A stretch of DNA of 63,974 nucleotides, counting the filler, from Craspedostauros australis (Eukaryota), in the NCBI GenBank assembly GCA_030167865.1. It is 11 parts of 11 records of this genome, joined end to end, with 100 filler letters (N's around TTAATTAATTAA, not from the genome) between each part and the next. Parts side by side here need not be neighbours in the genome. Positions count along the whole stretch, not along the records: positions 55,515 to 60,443 come from JALAGF010004333.1; positions 60,544 to 62,112 come from JALAGF010004334.1; positions 62,213 to 63,974 come from JALAGF010004338.1; 8 more parts are not named here. One strand, given 5' to 3'. Both the position numbers and the translations under genes were made by a program. The notes under the pieces are model-generated. The model made no database searches. It saw only the letters and a program-made list of their open reading frames with translations, and was not told the origin of the DNA. This document shows, one piece after another, positions 58,501-63,974 of the stretch. Within the stretch, counting starts at the first letter, position 1. Each line of letters begins with the position of its first letter.

Positions 58501-60434
58501 GCGACATCACCAATGGCCTGTCTGCCAAGTCGCGCGTGGCCGTCATTACACCATACAGTCAGCAAGCGGGCTTGTTGAGGCGTGTCTTTCGCGATGCGTT
58601 GGGGAACCAGTGCGATCGATTGGTGGAGGTTAACACTGTCGATGCATTCCAAGGCAGAGAGGCCAACATTGTGATCTTCTCCGCCGTCCGAGCAGCAGGC
58701 AGCCATGGCATTGGCTTCCTCAGCGATGTGCGGCGCATGAACGTGGCTCTAACCCGTGCGAAGCACTTTCTCTTCGTCATTGCGAGGTGCCAATCGATCG
58801 TTGTCAATCCATACTGGAGAGATCTGGTGGGGCATGCCAGAGAAACCAACGCAGTTGTCCGTGTTCCGATGAAGAACGGATCAAAGTTCAGCAAGGTCGA
58901 TTTTGGTGCCATCACGCAATGGCAGGGAGAGAATCCGAAGCGAGTGGATCCTTTGGAACGCATCCAGTCGGTTCAACCATCTCGGGAGCGTGCAGTAGAT
59001 CCACGGCGCCGAAAGGCAACCCAAGCGGCATCATCAGGTGTTGCGAGTGGAGGAAGTGTCAGCATCGAAATCCCACCGCAGCAACAACAACAGTTGCCAC
59101 CAAGTCGAACGTCGTCACAATCAGTCTCATCCTCTTCAGTTTTACAGCAACCACAGCCACGGCCACAGCCCCAACTACAGCCCCACGTACAGCAGCACAC
59201 ACAGGTGAAAATGCAACCACAGCTCCAGCCGCAAACGCAAATCCAACACCAACACCAAACGCAGCCAATGTTGGATACAAGGTCGCAACTGCCATTAATG
59301 TCGTTGCCACCGTCTATGCCACAAGCCACGGAACATATGAATCTGCAAGTTCAACCACAGCAACAACTGCAACCACAATCGCAACCGCAACCGACACAAA
59401 ACGAAATTCATCTCCAGGCACAAATGCAGCAGCAACAGCAGCAGCAACCGTTCCAATCGCAAGTACAATCGTCAACGCACCAGCAACCAATGGTGCAGCA
59501 GCAGCAGCCGTTTCAGCCACATCCTCAGGCGCAGGCGCAGGTGCAGGTTCTGATGGGACAGCAGCAGCTTCAGACACAAATGCAACAACCACAGATTCAA
59601 CAACAATTCCAAGAGCAACCGCACTCGCAGATGCATCAACTTCAGGCACAGCAGCAGCCACAACAACACCAACAGCAGCAGCATTTTCAACCGCAGATGC
59701 AACCACAGGTGCAAGTGCAGATACAACAACCACAGATGCAGTTGCAACAACAATTCCAACCACAAATGCAGATGCAGCTGCAAATGCAGCAACCTCAGAT
59801 GCAACAAGTGCAACCGCCGCAAGGGCAGATGCAACAACAAAGCATTCGCTCACAAGCGGCAGTGCCGATGAATGCAATGCCAATCGCTGGCGCAGTTGCA
59901 GTATTGCCCCCGCCACCCTCTGCAGCGACACACAGACAGCAGCAACTTCCGCCTCCTCCTCCGCCACCACCACCCTCCGCCGCCCAATATCCACAGCACC
60001 ATATGCCATCACAACTCGGGCAACACACGTATCCAGGAGCAGCACATGGCACGCAGCACCCACCGGCAATGTACCCAAACCAAGACTACAATCAGAACCC
60101 GAGTGAAGACCAATATCAGCATCAAACTCCGCACCACGTCCGCCGTGAACATGGTGTGTCACCACCCCCGCCACCTCCTCCTCCGCCACCACAGATGCAG
60201 CAGCAGCAACATCAGGCGAATGCATATTCACAGCCCCATCATGGTTTTCAGCCTCCTCCCCCACCTCCACCGCCACCGCCCCATCCGAGTACTTACAATC
60301 CCCACTCTGCCAATGCACAAAAGACAAGACCCAAATCGAAATGGAAAGGGAAACAGAAGCACAAAACCAAGAACAAACAGAAGCAACGACAGAGTCAGAA
60401 GCAGAAACAACACATCCCTGGTCCATTTGGTTGA
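55515..60434 (+). CDS. SEN1: Sen1/senataxin-like SF1B helicase with internal WW domain and Q/P-rich tail; exons <55515-56123, 56536-56554, 56893-58076, 58398-60434
   Basis: SLREFTAL, FNPSQLTAI, GFTLIK|GPPGTG|KTTTL, LLVCAPSNAAVD, VVVDEAAQ, LVGDPQQLPAT, RSLFQR, LNEQYRMHPQIS, VITPYSQQ, VNTVDAFQGREA, IGFLSDVRRMNVALTRAK. All three introns are GT-AG and frame-preserving. 5'-truncated. Confidence 0.9.
58085..58128. repeat. Intronic 10-bp minisatellite
   Basis: (ctgatggtta)x3 plus a degenerate copy just after the donor at 58077. Confidence 0.7.
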
Positions 60435-60616
60435 TTGGAGCGGNNNNNNNNNNNNNNNNNNNNNNNNNNNNNNNNNNNNNNNNNNNNTTAATTAATTAAN
60501 NNNNNNNNNNNNNNNNNNNNNNNNNNNNNNNNNNNNNNNNNNNCTTTCGCAGAGTTCACCTGTGGCCAAACATACACTTCATACAAATAGCACGGATAGG
60601 CATGCAGCAAACTTAC

Positions 60617-61860
60617 TTCCAGTGCCGGGCGGTCCCTGTTTAGCATGCCCAACATGGCCATCATGATTCAGCGAGGTTGGTCGTAGTGAGTTGGAGAGAT
60701 GTGGAATAGATGGCATCGACTTCCGTATGAAGCATCATTGCAAAGTCAGATACAAAGACGGATGAAACAACTGGTGAGCGTTTCGCCCCCATACCCATAC
60801 ACGCCCACTCACTGTGCCTTCTCCAAAGTATGCACTCGCCAAGAAAGCATCAAAGCACACGCACAGGGCATGCGGCAGGCAACACCTCTCTCCAGCGTCG
60901 CAGTACGTAAGAGTAGATCCAATGATCACTTCTATCGTCCAGCCCCGTCGCCACCGTGCAAGATGCATTCATTCATTCATCCATGCTTGCTCGTACCACA
61001 TCGCAGATTCTGCTTTGTGTTCTACGCGTATCTGCATGTGCACGTACCTTGATCAATGTGAATCCACCGTCTCCGTAGCCCTTGGCAGAGGCAGAGATGG
61101 CAGTGAGCTGCGAAGGATTGAACTTCTTCTCCGCATACGACGTGAATCCTTTGCCCAAGGCTTGGACTCCGCCCATCTTCTTCAGCAGTCTGCTCTTTTC
61201 GTCGGAAGATATCCTGCCATCTCTGCCTGGCCGCTTGTTCGGGTCCAGCATGCCATCGCGCGTGCCCTCCCCATCGCCCTTCAAGTGCTGACCGAGCAGG
61301 TATTTGAGCAGAGGCAACCGTTCGATGTTGCATAATGCCGTGAACTCTCTCAACGATGTGATGTTGCCACCAATCTTCAGCAGGTACATTTCTGGCTCTC
61401 CGATCCGCGCCCAGCGACGTTTCGACACCTTCAGGATCAATCCGTTCAATGACTTCCGAGTCAATTCCGTGTGGCCGACCATAGCCATCTTGTGGAATGG
61501 GAAGCCACCGTCGCCATCGTCGTCAATGCCTTTCTCATGGAGGATGCGAGCCAGATCCCTCGATGTGCCCCCGCGTAGTAATTTCTCCACTATGGTGCTG
61601 TACATCGTTGGGATGAGGCAGCAGACGTCGTGCGCAAAGAATTGCAATCCATTGCCGTCCCCATTATGCTTGACGCTGAGCTGGACATTGCACGAGTCGA
61701 CGGTTGACAACAGGTCCTCGTGGACATTGAGATTCCTCCCACGTCGGTGGGTGCCCGATCTCGACGTCGTTTCCACCTTGACGAGAACCAACGGCGACGC
61801 GCTGCCTCCTCTCCCACCTTTGTTGCGCTCAAAGTACTGGCCGATGTCACCCAGGATATC
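60617..61860 (-). CDS. SEN1: Overlapping copy of the Sen1-like 5' region (exon 61860-61048, micro-exon 60635-60617), extending it by about 68 codons
   Basis: 60544-61656 is the reverse complement of 55515-56627. The extra coding sequence DILGDIGQYFERNK... ends abruptly at 61860. Confidence 0.8.
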
Positions 61861-62112
61861 ATAATAATAATAACTCAGTGATTACATCATAGATGTGCCA
61901 TAAGGCTTTACCCTCGCCGTCGCCGGCCCCGTAGGACCGAGCTTCGAGCGAGCTGTCGAGATTCTACTCAATCTAGGCCTAGCCACGTTGCCATGGCCTG
62001 TCGTTCCGCTTGCATGGAACGCGACCGCCGTCGGGCTTTGACTGCGGCCTGTACTGCCGTCATCGAATGCACCCATTGTCGCATTTGGGTTTCGGTGCCG
62101 TACTCGATGTTG
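61861..62112 (-). mobile_element. Probable 3' end of a non-LTR retrotransposon (ORF end, ~95-nt 3'UTR, (TTA)n tail)
   Basis: The minus strand reads NIEYGTETQMRQWVHSMTAVQAAVKARRRSRSMQAERQAMATWLGLD* (TGA 61970-61968), a short UTR, then TTATTATTATTAT fused directly to helicase coding sequence. Confidence 0.6.
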
Positions 62113-62213
62113 NNNNNNNNNNNNNNNNNNNNNNNNNNNNNNNNNNNNNNNNNNNNTTAATTAATTAANNNNNNNNNNNNNNNNNNNNNNNNNNNNNNNN
62201 NNNNNNNNNNNNC

Positions 62214-62930
62214 GCTGGGCTCGACAATACCTTTGCTCGGCAGACCGTGAGAGTGTTTCAAGGTGGGCTCACCATGTCCAGGATGGCGCAAAAGACAGAC
62301 AACAAGAGAAAGCGGAGGAAGTACCACCGCCAGGCGGCAAGCTACACGGCAGAACTTCGTCGTCTGGTCGAGAGAAATGGTGGCAACAACCTCCATCGGT
62401 ACCTCATCATGGAGGCAGACACGATGGCAGCCGGAGGGAAGCAATCCGAACAGAAGGTGAAGGCAGCGTACGACAAGGCCATTTCCTATTGCGCCAGATC
62501 GGGACATGTCAATGACGCAGCGCTGGCAAATGAGCTTGCCGCTGAGTACTTTCTGAACAAGCACACAGGCACACTGGCACTGTCTGGGTCTTTGCGTCGC
62601 ACAACCTTGAGCGGTCCCTTACGAAGCTCCGATTTTGAAAGCACAGGTGTCCTGGATGATGATAAAGACTTCTACTGGCCACGGCAGTATCTGGGAAATG
62701 CCATCTCGTTGTACAACGAATGGGGAGCAAGGGCAAAGGTCGAACAGCTGTTGGAGAAGCATCCGAATCTTGTAGATCGATGCATGCTGGAGGGTGGTGT
62801 TGACGGTGGTGACGGAGAAACCAATGGTCAGCGACGGAAACGAAGAACTGCAAGGCATACAGCAGATACGCGGATGTGCGTGGCCACAGCCCACAAGATC
62901 ATGGCAGAGGTGAACTTTGATGCGCTTTAA
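62214..62930 (+). CDS. C-terminal TPR-like region of a STAND/AAA_16-family signalling protein; 5' part lost in gap
   Basis: YLIMEAD...AAYDKAISYCARSGHVNDAALANELAAEYFL...YLGNAISLYNEWGARAKVEQL is the helical region that follows the ATPase in this family. A stop follows with no GAF or His-kinase domain. Confidence 0.8.
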   Translation, partial: AGLDNTFARQTVRVFQGGLTMSRMAQKTDNKRKRRKYHRQAASYTAELRRLVERNGGNNLHRYLIMEADTMAAGGKQSEQKVKAAYDKAISYCARSGHVNDAALANELAAEYFLNKHTGTLALSGSLRRTTLSGPLRSSDFESTGVLDDDKDFYWPRQYLGNAISLYNEWGARAKVEQLLEKHPNLVDRCMLEGGVDGGDGETNGQRRKRRTARHTADTRMCVATAHKIMAEVNFDAL

Positions 62931-63974
62931 CTGATCCTATCATTTTAGATGCGTAACTTTACAAGCAGACTGGCCTCAGAGCAGAACTTCGCCTTGTCCC
63001 CGTCAGCGATTGTGGAATCGCGATAATGCTCGCGTTTGCGACCTCTCCTATCTCCAATGCTGCAGGCACTCATTGGATGGTGTCAGATATCAAGAGGCGC
63101 CGAGGAGAGCTGTCACGGTGAGGGTGGTGGTTGTTGGCGATCGTGGTGTGCTAGCATCTATTATGCCTCTCTGCGGAGAAGTATTCATGGAATGTCGTGT
63201 CTACAGAACTCGCTTGTATTCGAACAGGTCGACGTCATTTGTTCTTTTGTGTTCGATCTCCTTCATTTCAGTCTTTCCAAGAATCATGTATTCAGTCGTG
63301 TACATGACCATCCAAACGTGTACCTACACTAAACACGTCTGAATCAACAAATCGTTCAACCACAAAACAACCCCAAACAACACGGAACAGGACAACGTTG
63401 TGCCTTGGTTGCGTTTTTGTGCTTCGTTCTCCATTTCGTTCCTCCATCTGCGTGCAGCGCGGAAAGCAGACAACGAACTGCGCCCATGGACTCCATGGTA
63501 TTATGAGTATCATCATAGCCTTGACAGACAACAGAAGCATCAATGTCAGAGCAGCGCGGCCTTCAAGTCCCCGTCGCTGTGACATGATTGCGCACTCTGT
63601 CCTTGATGAGCCACGACTCTGAGCAAACCCCTCGTCTGTACTTTGCGCGGTTGTTNNCCCGACNNCGCGACTCACACAGATGCTGTCCTTCTCGACAAGA
63701 CTGAACGATACATCGCCCTCTGTCACCCTCCGACACTCATCTTTTTGCTCTCCTTCCTCATCCTCCCTTTTTTGCACAAATGGCATCTGCATGATCTTTG
63801 TTGTCCACGCAGAGTCCTCATCTCCACTGCTGTTGCTCCCGTTATTGTGGATGGCCTCCAGTACTGCCCTGTCTCACCTTGAACAGCTGATGGGGTGTGC
63901 GGTCCCTCTTTTTGATCCATCCCAACTGTAGGCACAGGAAAACAGGAGGCCCAGACTATTCGTTGTGTATTCTG

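Noticed and set aside
63643..63974. Transposase Cys-rich tail (RSCRCHLCKK) at the window end
   Set aside because: It is too short, has stops and ambiguous bases, and lacks the remaining ligands. Only mild CpG depletion hints at a repeat.

Overview
This is eukaryotic nuclear DNA, most consistent with a pennate diatom: GT-AG introns, bipartite plastid presequences ending in AF/AFAP, a SELMA-type Ufd1, receptor cyclase-PDE genes, CxCCxxCC-ended LRR genes and PTSA mucins. The window is not one molecule. It is 11 contigs joined by ten identical artificial 100-nt spacers (44 N + TTAATTAATTAA + 44 N), and three contig pairs overlap in reverse orientation. Contig 1 (1-22954) is gene-dense, with 11 genes on strictly alternating strands: DUF1997-like plastid protein, MBL hydrolase, 4-TM protein, COG4, PMP34-like carrier, plastid-targeted EttA, symbiont-type Ufd1, ADP/ATP carrier, a signal-peptide+LRGG Sey1/RHD3-like protein, a CS-domain protein and a STAND ATPase. 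The rest is accessory-like: two partial cyclase/PDE genes, three GT34-like glycosyltransferase copies, a ~400-bp-arm inverted repeat, a CpG-eroded island with pseudogenes, a secreted PTSA-repeat/Cys-rich protein, an LRR fragment and a Sen1-like helicase. The helicase has its Walker A in a 19-nt micro-exon, carries an internal WW domain, and one copy appears interrupted by a LINE 3' end. Best leads: the WW-Sen1 helicase and its LINE insertion, the degenerate LRGG-Sey1-like protein, the mucin-like protein near the GT34 array, and the methylation-type decay signatures. No CRISPR array, rRNA or convincing tRNA was seen. Family assignments come from motif recognition by eye, not database searches.
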